Positions 50,418 to 60,344 of a DNA stretch of 64,000 nucleotides are shown one piece after another. The stretch's first letter is position 1. Each line of letters begins with the position of its first letter. The DNA is from Polyangiales bacterium (GTDB lineage: Bacteria; Myxococcota_A; Polyangia; Polyangiales; Polyangiaceae), in contig JBBRLQ010000012.1 of the NCBI GenBank assembly GCA_038231275.1, positions 128,001 to 192,000 on the forward strand, given 5' to 3'. The translations under genes were made by a program, and so were the position numbers. The notes under the pieces are model-generated. The model was not told where the DNA came from. It saw nothing but the letters and a program-made list of their open reading frames with translations, and did no database searches.

Positions 50418-50447
50418 GGCGGCACGTTACCCTATAAACCACGCCCC

Positions 50448-50915
50448 ATGCCCATCGATCCTGCGTTCGTCGCCGACTGCCCATACGCCCCGGATGGGCT
50501 ATTGCTCGACGAAATCCTCGAGATCGACGCGGAGAACCACCGCGTCGTCGGGCGCATGCCGACCTCGGACGAGCTGCCGCTCACGCGCTCGCAGAGGGCG
50601 CACCCGGTCCGTCATCCGCGCCACGTCTCGGGCGGACTGATGGTGCACATGACCGGGATGATCGCCTTCGTCCACGCGTACTTCGTGCTCGGCCTCCGCC
50701 ACGCCGACGGCTGGGTCGGCTACGGCGCGAAGATCAACAGCGCCCGCTTCCGCGCGCTCGCTCCGCCCGGCGCGCCGCTCATCCTTGCGTGCAAGGCCAT
50801 CCAGATGCGGCGCGGCGACGCGAGCGTCTTCGCGCGCTACACGTTCGAGTTCACCCAAGAGGGCACGCTCGTTTACGAGGGAGACCAGAGCGCGATGTGG
50901 ACGAAGGTGGCGTGA
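50448..50915 (+). CDS. Hotdog-fold protein (FabA/FabZ-like)
   Basis: PY...LLLDEI, FR..APPG..L.L and terminal VYEG strand; the catalytic motif is divergent. Confidence 0.65.
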   Translation: MPIDPAFVADCPYAPDGLLLDEILEIDAENHRVVGRMPTSDELPLTRSQRAHPVRHPRHVSGGLMVHMTGMIAFVHAYFVLGLRHADGWVGYGAKINSARFRALAPPGAPLILACKAIQMRRGDASVFARYTFEFTQEGTLVYEGDQSAMWTKVA

Positions 50916-50927
50916 GGGCAAACTCCG

Positions 50928-52874
50928 TCACAAATCGATCTGCGAGCCGAGCTCCACCACTTGCTCGCTCGGGATCGCGAAGTACGACGTCGCCGTGACG
51001 CTGTTGCGCGACAGATACGAAAAGAGCGACTCGCTCACGACGCCCATCTTGCCTTTCGGCGTCGCCAGGAACGTCTCGCGCCCGAGATAGTAGGTGATCT
51101 TGTGCGGGTTCACGTCGAGCGCGAGCTCCTTGCACGCGCGCGCGACGAGGACCGGCACGTCCGGCGTCTCCATGAAGCCGAAGCGCGTGAGGATGCGATA
51201 GAAGCCGTTCCCGAGCGACTCGGTGGTGAGGCGCTCGGCGTCCGGCACAGTGGGCACATGGTCCACCGATACGGTGAGCATCAAGATCGTCTCGTGGAGC
51301 ACGCCGATGCGCGTCGCGTGGTGGAAGAGCACCGGCGGCGTGCCCTGCGGGTTCGACGACATGAACACCGCCGTCCCCGGCACACGCGGGACCTTCAGCT
51401 CCTTCATGAAGCCCTCGAGCGACGGTGATTTGGCGGCGATCGCCTCGGCGAGGATACGGCGTCCCGTCTTCCAGTTGACCATCACGACGAGGAACCCCGC
51501 CGCGACGAGCACCGGCACGTAGCCGCCGTCCATGAATTTGAGGATGTTCGACGAGAAGAACGGGATATCGAACGCCAGGAAGAGAACCAGGAGCGGCGCG
51601 CTCTTCGACAGAGGCCAGCTCCACGTTTGGCGCGTCACGAGAAAGTAGACGATGGATGTGATGCCCATTGTGCCGGTTACTGCGATGCCGTACGCGGCGG
51701 CGAGCTTTGTGCTCTCTTTGAAGGCGATCACAAGCGCGATGCACGCGATGGCGAGGAGCCAGTTGATCTCGGGGACGTAGATCTGACCCTCCGCCTCGCG
51801 CGAGGTGTGGCGGACCGTGACGCGCGGGAAGAAGCCGAGCTGCACCGCCTGGTGCGTGAGCGAGAACGCGCCGCTGATGAGCGCCTGCGACGCGATGACG
51901 GTCGCCGCGCCGGAGAGACCGACGAGCGCGTACGTCCACATGCCAGGCGGCACCATCGCGAAGAACGGGTTCATGCTCGCGAGCTGCGGGTCGGCGAGCA
52001 CCATCGCCCCTTGCCCGAAATACGCGAGGATGAGGGCCGGCATCACGAAGGCGAGCCACGCGAGGCGGATCGGCTTGCTCCCGAAGTGCCCCATGTCGGC
52101 GTAGAGCGCCTCTCCGCCGGTGACCGCGAGGACGACGGAGCCGAGCACCGCGAAGCCCTTGACGCCGTGGCGCGTGAAGAAGGAGATCGCGTACGTCGGC
52201 GAGAGGGCAGCGAACACCGCGGGGTTCTTCATCACGTGGTAGGCGCCGAGGATCCCGATCGTGCCGAACCACGTCAGCATCACTGGGCCGAAGAGGATGC
52301 CGACACCGGCGGTGCCGCGCTTCTGGATCATGAAGAGGCCGAGGAGGATGACGCAGGTGATGGGCACCGTGTACGGCTTGAAGGTGGGCGTCGCGAGCTC
52401 GAGCCCTTCGACCGCCGACAGCACGCTGATCGCTGGCGTGATCATGCCGTCGCCGTACAGCAGCGCGGCGCCGATGATGACGAGGAGCGCGACCCACCCG
52501 ATGCCCCCGCTCTTCTGCTTGCGAAGCTTCTCGGGGAGGAGCGCGAGGAGCGCGAGGATGCCGCCCTCGCCGCGGTTGTCGGCGCGCATGATGAACGTGA
52601 GGTACTTCACCGTGACGACGAGGGTGAGCGCCCAGAAGATGAGCGACAGGACGCCGAGCGTGTTCTCGGCCGCGCGCGGGACGCCGTGCTCTTCTTTGAG
52701 GCACTCCTTCAGCGTGTAGAGGGGGCTCGTGCCGATGTCGCCGAAGACGATGCCGAGCGCCGCGAGGGCGAGCTGACCGGTGCTCCCTGCATGCGGTGTC
52801 GCGTGGTTGCCGTGTGGCGCGAGTCGAACGGCGGACTTGGAGGGCGCGGGCGTCGAGGCGGGGGGTGCGGTCAC
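50928..52874 (-). CDS. kup: KUP/HAK/KT potassium transporter
   Basis: GIVFGDIGTSPLY, DNRGEGG, GDGMITPAISVLSA, EALYADMGHF, GQIYVP, AAAYGIAV. Confidence 0.96.
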   Translation of the reverse strand: MTAPPASTPAPSKSAVRLAPHGNHATPHAGSTGQLALAALGIVFGDIGTSPLYTLKECLKEEHGVPRAAENTLGVLSLIFWALTLVVTVKYLTFIMRADNRGEGGILALLALLPEKLRKQKSGGIGWVALLVIIGAALLYGDGMITPAISVLSAVEGLELATPTFKPYTVPITCVILLGLFMIQKRGTAGVGILFGPVMLTWFGTIGILGAYHVMKNPAVFAALSPTYAISFFTRHGVKGFAVLGSVVLAVTGGEALYADMGHFGSKPIRLAWLAFVMPALILAYFGQGAMVLADPQLASMNPFFAMVPPGMWTYALVGLSGAATVIASQALISGAFSLTHQAVQLGFFPRVTVRHTSREAEGQIYVPEINWLLAIACIALVIAFKESTKLAAAYGIAVTGTMGITSIVYFLVTRQTWSWPLSKSAPLLVLFLAFDIPFFSSNILKFMDGGYVPVLVAAGFLVVMVNWKTGRRILAEAIAAKSPSLEGFMKELKVPRVPGTAVFMSSNPQGTPPVLFHHATRIGVLHETILMLTVSVDHVPTVPDAERLTTESLGNGFYRILTRFGFMETPDVPVLVARACKELALDVNPHKITYYLGRETFLATPKGKMGVVSESLFSYLSRNSVTATSYFAIPSEQVVELGSQIDL

Positions 52875-52906
52875 CGCGGCGAGGGTACCAAACGCCACCC
52901 AGCGCG

Positions 52907-54886
52907 TCAGGGATCGATCACGAGCGTCCCGAACGCGCTGGGAACGTGAAAATTGGGCGACTTCGTGCGCGGAGGGCTCCACGCGAGGTAGGTGCGCGGC
53001 GACGCACCCTCGATGCGGTAGAGGCCGAGGCGGAGGCGTGCGCCGGGGACCAACGCCGCGGTGACGTCCTTGGCGGCGAGCACGGCCTCGATCGTCGCGG
53101 TGCGCGCCTTTTCGTCGTGCGCCGTGACGACCGTGACGCCGCTCGACCACGCGATGTCCTCTTTGTGCGCCGCGCGATCGACGTCGATGTCGAAGAAGTG
53201 CCCGAGCGGCCCCAGCTCCACCTCGAAGTAGCGCGAGGGTTGCGAGGCCTTTGGCGTGAGGAACATCTCGACGCAGTCCTCCTCGTAGAGCTTCTCGCGC
53301 TCCGTGCCGATCGGTCGCGACGCGTCGGCGTGGAGGCCGGCGTTCGTGAGCTCCCAAAGGGAGTAGAGACCGGATTTGGTCCACGCGAAGCGCGCGCGCG
53401 TGACGATGCTCGTCTTGCTACCCGCGAAATCGGTGTCCCACGCGACCTCCGCCGCGTCGGCCCACGCCGCGTCGCCGCCGCGCCCGTCGATCACCGGCGG
53501 ATCCCCGTCGACACGATGCGCGTGCGCGGTGGGATGCTCCACGCCGCCGACCTCCGACTCGATCGAGAACGGCGCCATGCCATAAAAATGCACGGGACGA
53601 GGCGCGCGAAGAAGATCGGCGCCGTCGCCTGCGACGAGCGGCTGCGTGAGATCGAGCCCGAAGCGCTTTGCGGCGATCTCGATGAGCGGCGACGTGGTGT
53701 GACCGCCCAGCTCGCGCGCGAGATCGGCGTTGTCCCACAGCCCGAGGAGCTGCGCGCCGACGCGATCGACGAGGATCGGGTTGGTGCCGCCGAGCGCGAC
53801 GAGCTCTTCGCTCGGGAGGAGCTTCTGGAAGCCGTCGCCCGACATCATCGGCGCGCCGTCGGCGAGCACCACGTCGGGCGTCTCCACCTCCAGCACGTCG
53901 GCGATGCGCCCGGCGAAGGTCTCGAGCGCGGAGACGTAGAGCGCGCGGTCCTCGGGGAGCTTCTTTTTCCGCTGATCCAGGTACTTGTTGAGCTCGCGGT
54001 GCATCCGCCATTTTTGACGAAACACCGGCGCGGCGTCGCTCAGCATGATCGTGCCCTGCACGCCCTTCACCGACAGGCTGACGACGCCGAAGCGATGCGC
54101 CTTCACCTTGGGCGCGGAGATGAAGAGGCCGTGGTCGAGGACGTCGGCGAGGAGCTTTGGCATGAGGAGCGTCGGCACCTTCGATTTTTCCATGCCGCGG
54201 ACGCCGACGGGGCGACCTGGAAAACCGTGCGCTTCGTCGGTATCGAACACGCCGTCGTCGTCGAGCGCGACGAGCGGGACGCCCTCCTCGCGCGTCATCG
54301 CTTCGTAGCCGCTGACCTGGACGAGGCGCTCCCAGTCCTTGTGCGTGGCGCCCCAGCCCTCCGCGACGATGACGTTGGTGTGTCCGCGCGCCTTGAGGCA
54401 TCGCACGATGCCGCGGACGAACTCGGGATCGGTGATGCGTCCGCGAATGCCGTCGTCGCCGCCGGATTTCGCGGGATCTTTGAACCAATCGAAGCCGCCG
54501 AGGTTGGGCTTGATCAGGACCGGCGCGGCGAGCGGTCGTTCAGGGACGACCTCCTTGCAGATGCGCTCTCCGAGCTCACGCGCCGAGCGGCCGCGGAGAA
54601 TCGTGACGGGCGAGCGCTGGCCGAGGCGGCCTCGGTGCTTGGCGCGGAGGGCGTCGCCGTCGACGGACTCGGTCGTCCGCACGCCGCCGCCCCCGTCGCC
54701 GAGCCATGACGCGTGCGTGACGATGTCGGCATCGGCGCCGGCATCGCTCGAGCCAACGCTCGCGCTCGGCCGCGGCACGCTCGCCTCCGAGACCGCGCCG
54801 GCGTCCGTGCTCTTGGCGCCGTCGCGCGTACATGCGGCGACCAGCACCGCCACGATAGCCATACGAGCGACAAAACCTCTGCGCAT
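52907..54886 (-). CDS. Lipoprotein: DUF362 domain fused to CBM9/DOMON-like domain
   Basis: VAAC lipobox; LIKPN, TDPEFV, VAEG, PKVKAH (DUF362); PVIDG..D.AW, EDCVEMF, NFHVP..FG (CBM9-like). Confidence 0.75.
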   Translation of the reverse strand: MRRGFVARMAIVAVLVAACTRDGAKSTDAGAVSEASVPRPSASVGSSDAGADADIVTHASWLGDGGGGVRTTESVDGDALRAKHRGRLGQRSPVTILRGRSARELGERICKEVVPERPLAAPVLIKPNLGGFDWFKDPAKSGGDDGIRGRITDPEFVRGIVRCLKARGHTNVIVAEGWGATHKDWERLVQVSGYEAMTREEGVPLVALDDDGVFDTDEAHGFPGRPVGVRGMEKSKVPTLLMPKLLADVLDHGLFISAPKVKAHRFGVVSLSVKGVQGTIMLSDAAPVFRQKWRMHRELNKYLDQRKKKLPEDRALYVSALETFAGRIADVLEVETPDVVLADGAPMMSGDGFQKLLPSEELVALGGTNPILVDRVGAQLLGLWDNADLARELGGHTTSPLIEIAAKRFGLDLTQPLVAGDGADLLRAPRPVHFYGMAPFSIESEVGGVEHPTAHAHRVDGDPPVIDGRGGDAAWADAAEVAWDTDFAGSKTSIVTRARFAWTKSGLYSLWELTNAGLHADASRPIGTEREKLYEEDCVEMFLTPKASQPSRYFEVELGPLGHFFDIDVDRAAHKEDIAWSSGVTVVTAHDEKARTATIEAVLAAKDVTAALVPGARLRLGLYRIEGASPRTYLAWSPPRTKSPNFHVPSAFGTLVIDP

Positions 54887-55083
54887 GCGTCGCCACGATA
54901 GCCTGATCGAGGTACCGTGAACGGGCGTTGGTGTGAACCCTGCTACTGGGCGTGCACGCGAACGCTCCGCGTGGGAAATTCGGCCCATGCGGCGCCCGTT
55001 GCGCCATACGGCCCTCAGATCGTGCGGCTGCGCGGCATCAGCGGGGATCGGCAGAAGCTACTCAGCCCGTACCGGAAGGTGAG

Positions 55084-57258
55084 ATGAACGAAGCCCGAGC
55101 GCGCGCCCGAACCACGGGCGAGGTCCGCACCGTCGGACGATACGCCCTGCACGACGAGATCGCGTCGGGCGGCATGGCGACGGTGTACTTCGGACGCCTG
55201 CTCGGCCCCGTCGGTTTCTCGCGCACCGTCGCGATCAAGCGGCTTCACCCGCACCACGCGAAGGACCCCCAGGTCGCCGCGATGTTCATCGACGAGGCGC
55301 GCCTCGTGTCGCGCGTGCAGCACCCCAACGTGGTCCCCACGCTCGACGTCGTGAGCCAGGAGGGCGAGGTGCTCCTGGTGATGGAGTACGTGCAGGGCGA
55401 GACGTTGGCGCGGCTTCTTCGCGAGTCGATCAACCGGAAGACGCCGGTGCCGCTGCGCGTGGCGCTTGCGATCCTGACCAACGTGCTGCATGGGCTCCAC
55501 GCGGCGCACGAGGCGACGAGCGAGTCGGGGGAGCCGCTCGACATCGTCCACCGCGACGTGTCGCCGCAGAACGTGCTCGTCTCGGTCGACGGCGTCGCGC
55601 GCGTGTGCGACTTCGGGATCGCGCGCGCGAAGGTCCGCGTGGAGAGCACCGACGAAGGGAACATCAAGGGAAAGATCTCGTACATGTGCCCCGAGCAGCT
55701 CGCAGGGGCGCCGGTCGACAGGCGCGCCGACGTGTACGCCGCGGCGGTGATGCTCTGGGAGCTCTTCTGCGGGCGAAAGCTGTGGAGCGTGTCCGACGCG
55801 CAGACGTCGCTGCTCGACAAGATGTTCAAGACAGTGGACCGACCGAGCATGCACCGCGAGGATCTCCCGGACGCCCTCGACGCGATCGTGATGCACGGCC
55901 TCGAGCGCGACGCCAACAAGCGCTTCGCCACCGCGCGGGAGTTCGCGCTGGCCCTCGAGCAGTACGGTCCGCTCGCGCCGGCGAGCGAGGTCGGCGCGTG
56001 GGTGGAGAGCATGGCCCACGACGCGCTCTCCGTACGAAAGCTCAAGGTGAGCGCATACGAGTCGCAGCCCGCGCCGAGCGGCGAGAGCCTCGGCGACGAG
56101 ACCAGCACGGTGCGGCCGTCTCCTGCGCCGCCTGCGAATGCGTCGCCCGCGTCCTCGGATCGTCCTGCGCCGCCGCAGATGCGGAGCGACACGTACCCCG
56201 TGTCACGCGCGAGCCGTCCCGATCGCGCAGAGCGTGCGAGCATGCGGCCGTCGCGCATCTTCGCAGAGGCGCGGCGCTTCAACCCGTGGCGAACCCACGT
56301 GACACGGGCGGCGCAGGGGGCCGCCGTCGCGCTCGCGATCTGCGCCGCCGTGCTCGGTGGCCGGGCGCTCGTCCGCGGTGGAAGCGGTAGCGGCGCCACC
56401 AGCGTGACCGACACCAAAGGAGCCGTCGCGCCGAGCGTCGGCGCCGCGGCGGTCGCGAGCGCGTGCCCGAACGGCGCCGTCCTGGTCCCCGGCGGCAAAC
56501 TCTTCATGGGGGACGACGAGGCGACGGCCCTCGAGCGTCCCGTGCACCAGGTCACGATGTCTGCATTCTGCATCGACCTGACCGAGGTCACCGTCGCGGC
56601 GTACAAGGCGTGCAGCGACCGCGGCGAGTGCAAGCGCGCGCCGGTCAGCAACGAGTGGGATGGCCTCACCGCCGCCGAATCACGCGCCTATGATCCGCTC
56701 TGCAACGCGCGCGATCCTGCCCTCCGCGGCGCGCACCCGATGAACTGCGTCGCGTGGGACATGGCGGCGACGTTCTGCACGGCGAACGGCAAGCGCCTCC
56801 CGACCGAGGCCGAGTGGGAGTACGCGGCGCGCGGCTCCGACGGGCGCAGGTACCCGTGGGGCGACGAGGCGCCGAACGAGACGCTCCTCAACGCGTGCGG
56901 CAAGGAGTGCGGCGAGCTCGGAAAGCAGGCGCGCCTCCCGCTCGATCCGCTCTACATGAAGGATGATGGGTGGCCGTCGACGGCGCCGGTGGGCAGCTTT
57001 CCGCGTGGCCGTTCGCGCGTCGGCGCGCTCGATCTCGCCGGCAACGTGTGGGAGTGGACCGGCGATTGGTACGCGCCTTACGGGGCGGACGCGCAGACCG
57101 ATCCGAAGGGGCCCGGGCAGGGAAAGGCCCGCATCGTCCGCGGCGGAGCGTGGAACACGTCGAGCCTCGCGCAGCTCCGGCCCACGGTGCGCCACCGCGA
57201 TCCGCCCGACAAGCGCTCCTTCACGATCGGCTTCCGTTGCGCCGCCACGCCGCGCTGA
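55084..57258 (+). CDS. Membrane Ser/Thr kinase with C-terminal FGE-sulfatase (SUMF1-like) domain
   Basis: HRDVSPQN/DFG kinase, TM helix, TEVT, RLPTEAEWEYAARG, DLAGNVWEW, RGG, GFRC. Confidence 0.93.
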   Translation: MNEARARARTTGEVRTVGRYALHDEIASGGMATVYFGRLLGPVGFSRTVAIKRLHPHHAKDPQVAAMFIDEARLVSRVQHPNVVPTLDVVSQEGEVLLVMEYVQGETLARLLRESINRKTPVPLRVALAILTNVLHGLHAAHEATSESGEPLDIVHRDVSPQNVLVSVDGVARVCDFGIARAKVRVESTDEGNIKGKISYMCPEQLAGAPVDRRADVYAAAVMLWELFCGRKLWSVSDAQTSLLDKMFKTVDRPSMHREDLPDALDAIVMHGLERDANKRFATAREFALALEQYGPLAPASEVGAWVESMAHDALSVRKLKVSAYESQPAPSGESLGDETSTVRPSPAPPANASPASSDRPAPPQMRSDTYPVSRASRPDRAERASMRPSRIFAEARRFNPWRTHVTRAAQGAAVALAICAAVLGGRALVRGGSGSGATSVTDTKGAVAPSVGAAAVASACPNGAVLVPGGKLFMGDDEATALERPVHQVTMSAFCIDLTEVTVAAYKACSDRGECKRAPVSNEWDGLTAAESRAYDPLCNARDPALRGAHPMNCVAWDMAATFCTANGKRLPTEAEWEYAARGSDGRRYPWGDEAPNETLLNACGKECGELGKQARLPLDPLYMKDDGWPSTAPVGSFPRGRSRVGALDLAGNVWEWTGDWYAPYGADAQTDPKGPGQGKARIVRGGAWNTSSLAQLRPTVRHRDPPDKRSFTIGFRCAATPR

Positions 57259-57336
57259 GGATCACGGCGGCAGGCGCCGCTCTTGCGCCGGCGCCGGGGA
57301 CGGTGGGATGCTCTGACCACCTCGGTTAGTCGATCG

Positions 57337-57849
57337 TCACATGCAGATCCCGCGAAGGCATTTCGTGGGGGAAGCGCAGACGACGCCACAGGTGCCGCAG
57401 TTGTTGCCGTCGAAGAGCAAGTCGACGCACACGCCGCCGCAAAGGTCCTGGCCCGCGGCGCAGGTCGTCGTCGCGTCGGAGCCTCCGTCCGATGACCCGC
57501 GACCTGAGTCCGATACGCCGGCATCGCGCGGCGGGGGCGGCGGAGGCGGGGGCGGTGGCGGGGGAGGAGGCGGCGGTGCCGTGCATACGCCGCCAAGGCA
57601 CGTGTCCGCGCCCCCGCACTTCACTCCGCACGCGCCGCAGTTCGCGTTGTCCGACAACACGTCGACGCAGATCCCGTTGCAGGCGATCAAGCGCGGGTCA
57701 CACGAGCCGTCGTTCTTCGGCGGCTCGCCGACGCCCCCGAGCGCGTTGCTCTCGGAGCCCGTTCCCCTGCCCACGGTGACGTCGCTCCCGCACGCGGACA
57801 GCATCACGAGCGATGCGGCGAGCGTGGCGAAGATGGCTTTCTCGTTCAT
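57337..57849 (-). CDS. Cys-rich lipoprotein (STIG1-like repeats)
   Basis: LSAC lipobox; two CVD..SD..NCG.CG..C repeats separated by a poly-Pro stretch. Confidence 0.82.
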   Translation of the reverse strand: MNEKAIFATLAASLVMLSACGSDVTVGRGTGSESNALGGVGEPPKNDGSCDPRLIACNGICVDVLSDNANCGACGVKCGGADTCLGGVCTAPPPPPPPPPPPPPPPPRDAGVSDSGRGSSDGGSDATTTCAAGQDLCGGVCVDLLFDGNNCGTCGVVCASPTKCLRGICM

Positions 57850-57867
57850 TGGTTCCTGCCTCCGGCG

Positions 57868-57899
57868 CGTAGATGAACCGGCACCCCTTGCACGATCAC
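57868..57899 (-). promoter_or_regulatory. Putative ECF sigma promoter (copy 1)
   Basis: GTGATCG-N17-CATCTACG on the minus strand; both boxes and the spacing are identical to the copy at 58996. Confidence 0.75.
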
Positions 57900-57979
57900 G
57901 AAATCGACGAGGTGCATGATCTTCCGATTTTCGTGAACGTCTCGGCCGCAGCGCGCACCTTGGCAGCTCTGTGCGAGCC

Positions 57980-58999
57980 ATGGCCATCGCCGTCCTCGTT
58001 GGGCTGGGGCTCGGCGCATTCCCCGCGCGACTCGAGGCGGCGGAGGGCGGCGTCTCCTTGTCGCTCTCCGCGCCGGCCGCGTGTCCGCCGCGTGAGTCGC
58101 TCGTCTCCAACGTGAGCGCTCGGACCCCCGAGGCAGCCTTCGTGGAAGGCGCCGCCGCCCTCGAATTCCGCGTACGGATTGGCCAGACCACGCGGGGCTT
58201 CGTGGCCGCAGTGGAGACCCGCATTCACGGCGATTCCGAGACCCGACGTCTTCAAGGCGCGACGTGCGCGGAGCTCGTCGACGCGGTCGGGCTCGTGATC
58301 GCGCTCACGATCGATCCGGACGCGGTGAGGAGCCTTCCGGCAGAGGAGGCAACGCGCGCGAGCATCGCCGAAGTCACCCCGCGGGCGAGCTCTCCTCCTT
58401 CTGTCGCCAAGGAGCGCGATGCGCCACCTGCACGCGACGTCGCCGTGCCGCCTGCGGCCGCGTCGCGAGCGCGCTGGGTTCCTTTCGTGAGAGGCGGGAT
58501 CCAGGCCGAGCTGGGCACGCTGCCGTACGCTGCGCTCGGCGTCTTCGGCGCCGTTGGTGTGGAGCTCGAACGGGGCCCCGCAGCTCTCGCCCCCTCGTTT
58601 GCGTTCGAGCCTTCGTTCGCCACCAGCGACGCCTTCGCGAGCGCCCCGGCGCGCGGATCGTACATGCGTGGCGCCGCGCGCGTCGAGGCGTGTCCGTTGC
58701 GCTTCGTCGCGTTCGGAGCCTCGCTTCGGCCGTGCGCGTGGATGGGCGCGGGCCTCGTGCGCGCCGAGGACACGGCCGCCCCTGTTCCGGAGGTGCGGAT
58801 GGCCCCATGGGCCGACGCCGGCGCGCGGTTGCGCTTTCGCGGAGAGTTTGGGCGCCGCCTTTTCGTCGAGGTCGACGCCGGTGCCGTCGTGCCCATCACG
58901 CGTCCCACGTTCGTGCTCGAGCAACCGAGAAGCATCGTGTACGCGACCCCGGCCGTCGGCGGCACGTTCGCCCTCGGCGGCGGCGTGCGCTTTTGGTGA
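57980..58999 (+). CDS. Outer-membrane protein associated with the ECF sigma module
   Basis: Signal peptide, CP...C periplasmic domain, Pro linker, amphipathic strands, C-terminal GVRFW. Confidence 0.72.
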   Translation: MAIAVLVGLGLGAFPARLEAAEGGVSLSLSAPAACPPRESLVSNVSARTPEAAFVEGAAALEFRVRIGQTTRGFVAAVETRIHGDSETRRLQGATCAELVDAVGLVIALTIDPDAVRSLPAEEATRASIAEVTPRASSPPSVAKERDAPPARDVAVPPAAASRARWVPFVRGGIQAELGTLPYAALGVFGAVGVELERGPAALAPSFAFEPSFATSDAFASAPARGSYMRGAARVEACPLRFVAFGASLRPCAWMGAGLVRAEDTAAPVPEVRMAPWADAGARLRFRGEFGRRLFVEVDAGAVVPITRPTFVLEQPRSIVYATPAVGGTFALGGGVRFW

Positions 59000-59027
59000 T
59001 CGCGGCGGGGGTCGAGATGCATCTACG
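58996..59027 (+). promoter_or_regulatory. Putative ECF sigma promoter (copy 2, autoregulatory)
   Basis: GTGATCG-N17-CATCTACG, then AGGAG and the GTG of the sigma gene. Confidence 0.75.
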
Positions 59028-59042
59028 AGGAGAACGCTGCTC

Positions 59043-59624
59043 GTGACCCACTCCCGCGACGTGCTCAGCCCGTTCGGCATCGCGGCCGGCGCCCGCCGCG
59101 AGGGCGAGGGCGAGCGTCGCCTCGTGCGAATCATGGCCGAGAACTTCGACGGCGCGTGGCTCTTCGCGCGGCGGCTGGGCGTTCGTGAAGGCGACTTGGA
59201 CGACGTCATGCAGGAGGTGAGCGCAGTGACCTTCGAGCGCCTGGCCGCCATCGCCGACGGCAAGGAGCGGTCGTTCGTCTTCGGCACGACCTTCCGCGTG
59301 GCGTCGGAGCATCGACGGCGGCGCGAGCGGCGGCGCGAGGAGCCCGTCGAGCTCGCGCGCGACGCGGTCGATCCGCGTGGCGCACCCGACCGCGAGACCG
59401 AGCTGCGGGAGGCGCGTGCGCTCTTCGACGAGATCTTGGACGACATGCCCATGGAGCTGCGCGCCGTATTCGTTCTCTTCGAGGTCGACGAGCTCGAGCA
59501 AGCCCAGATCGCCGAGCTCCTCGAGCTTCCCGTAGGCACCGTCGCATCCCGGCTGCGCCGCGCGCGCGCGGACTTCGACGCACGAATCGCGCGCTACCAC
59601 GCCGCATGCTCGAGGCGCCCATGA
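59043..59624 (+). CDS. ECF RNA polymerase sigma factor
   Basis: DLDDVMQEV; R.VFVLFE......QIAELLELPVGTVASRLRRAR. Confidence 0.9.
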   Translation: MTHSRDVLSPFGIAAGARREGEGERRLVRIMAENFDGAWLFARRLGVREGDLDDVMQEVSAVTFERLAAIADGKERSFVFGTTFRVASEHRRRRERRREEPVELARDAVDPRGAPDRETELREARALFDEILDDMPMELRAVFVLFEVDELEQAQIAELLELPVGTVASRLRRARADFDARIARYHAACSRRP

Positions 59625-60325
59625 GCGATCCTCGTTCCGAGCAACGCGACCTCGCAGCGCGAGTCCTCCGCGCAGCGAAGAGAGACCGCGTGCCGGGCGG
59701 CGCCCGCGTGCGCGTCGTCGCGGCGACGCTTGGCGGGTTAGGCGCAGCGCCTATCGGAGTGGCCGCGGCGCACGGAGCGCTCGCGGGTGGGCTCGTCGGG
59801 CATCTGGTGCGCGGATCGCTCCTCGCGGGCGTGGCGTTGTTGGCGCAGCCGGGGCCCGCGCGGGAGATCGCTCCGGTCGCGCCGGTCCAGCTGACCGTGC
59901 CCCGACTCCCACCGCCTTCCGCCCACGTGCGCGAAACGACGCCGCCCCTTCACGCGGCGCCGAACCCACCTCTCGAACCGCCGGCGCCGACGACCGCCGG
60001 GCCGGGGACCGCCGCACCGGCGCCGACGCGTCCGCCGCCGACGCTGCGCGAAGAGGTCGCGTGGCTCGACGCGATACGGAGCGCGCTCCATGCCGGCGAT
60101 TCGACGACCGCGCTCGCGGAGCTCGCGCGCTACCGTCGCACCTTCTTCCCGAAGCAGCTCGCGCGCGAGGCAGATCTGCTCGAGGTAGAGGCGCTCGCCC
60201 GATCCGGCGACCACGACGGCGCGAGGGCCAAGGCTCACCGCTTCGTTCGCGCGAATCCGGGAACGGCAGCGGCGAAACGAATGCAGGGGCTGATCCGGCC
60301 TCTCGACGATGAGGCCGATCCGTGA
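59621..60325 (+). CDS. Putative anti-sigma factor (TM, Pro-rich linker, C-terminal TPR-like domain)
   Basis: ATGA-coupled to the sigma gene; LREEVAWLDAIR...FP..L..E....VEAL...G...A. Confidence 0.65.
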   Translation: MSDPRSEQRDLAARVLRAAKRDRVPGGARVRVVAATLGGLGAAPIGVAAAHGALAGGLVGHLVRGSLLAGVALLAQPGPAREIAPVAPVQLTVPRLPPPSAHVRETTPPLHAAPNPPLEPPAPTTAGPGTAAPAPTRPPPTLREEVAWLDAIRSALHAGDSTTALAELARYRRTFFPKQLAREADLLEVEALARSGDHDGARAKAHRFVRANPGTAAAKRMQGLIRPLDDEADP

Positions 60326-60344
60326 GACTCGATCACGCTGACGA

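Noticed and set aside
55084..57258. Kinase-FGE-sulfatase fusion as a novelty or DGR target
   Set aside because: This is a known architecture, and no reverse transcriptase or template repeat of its 3' end was seen in the window.
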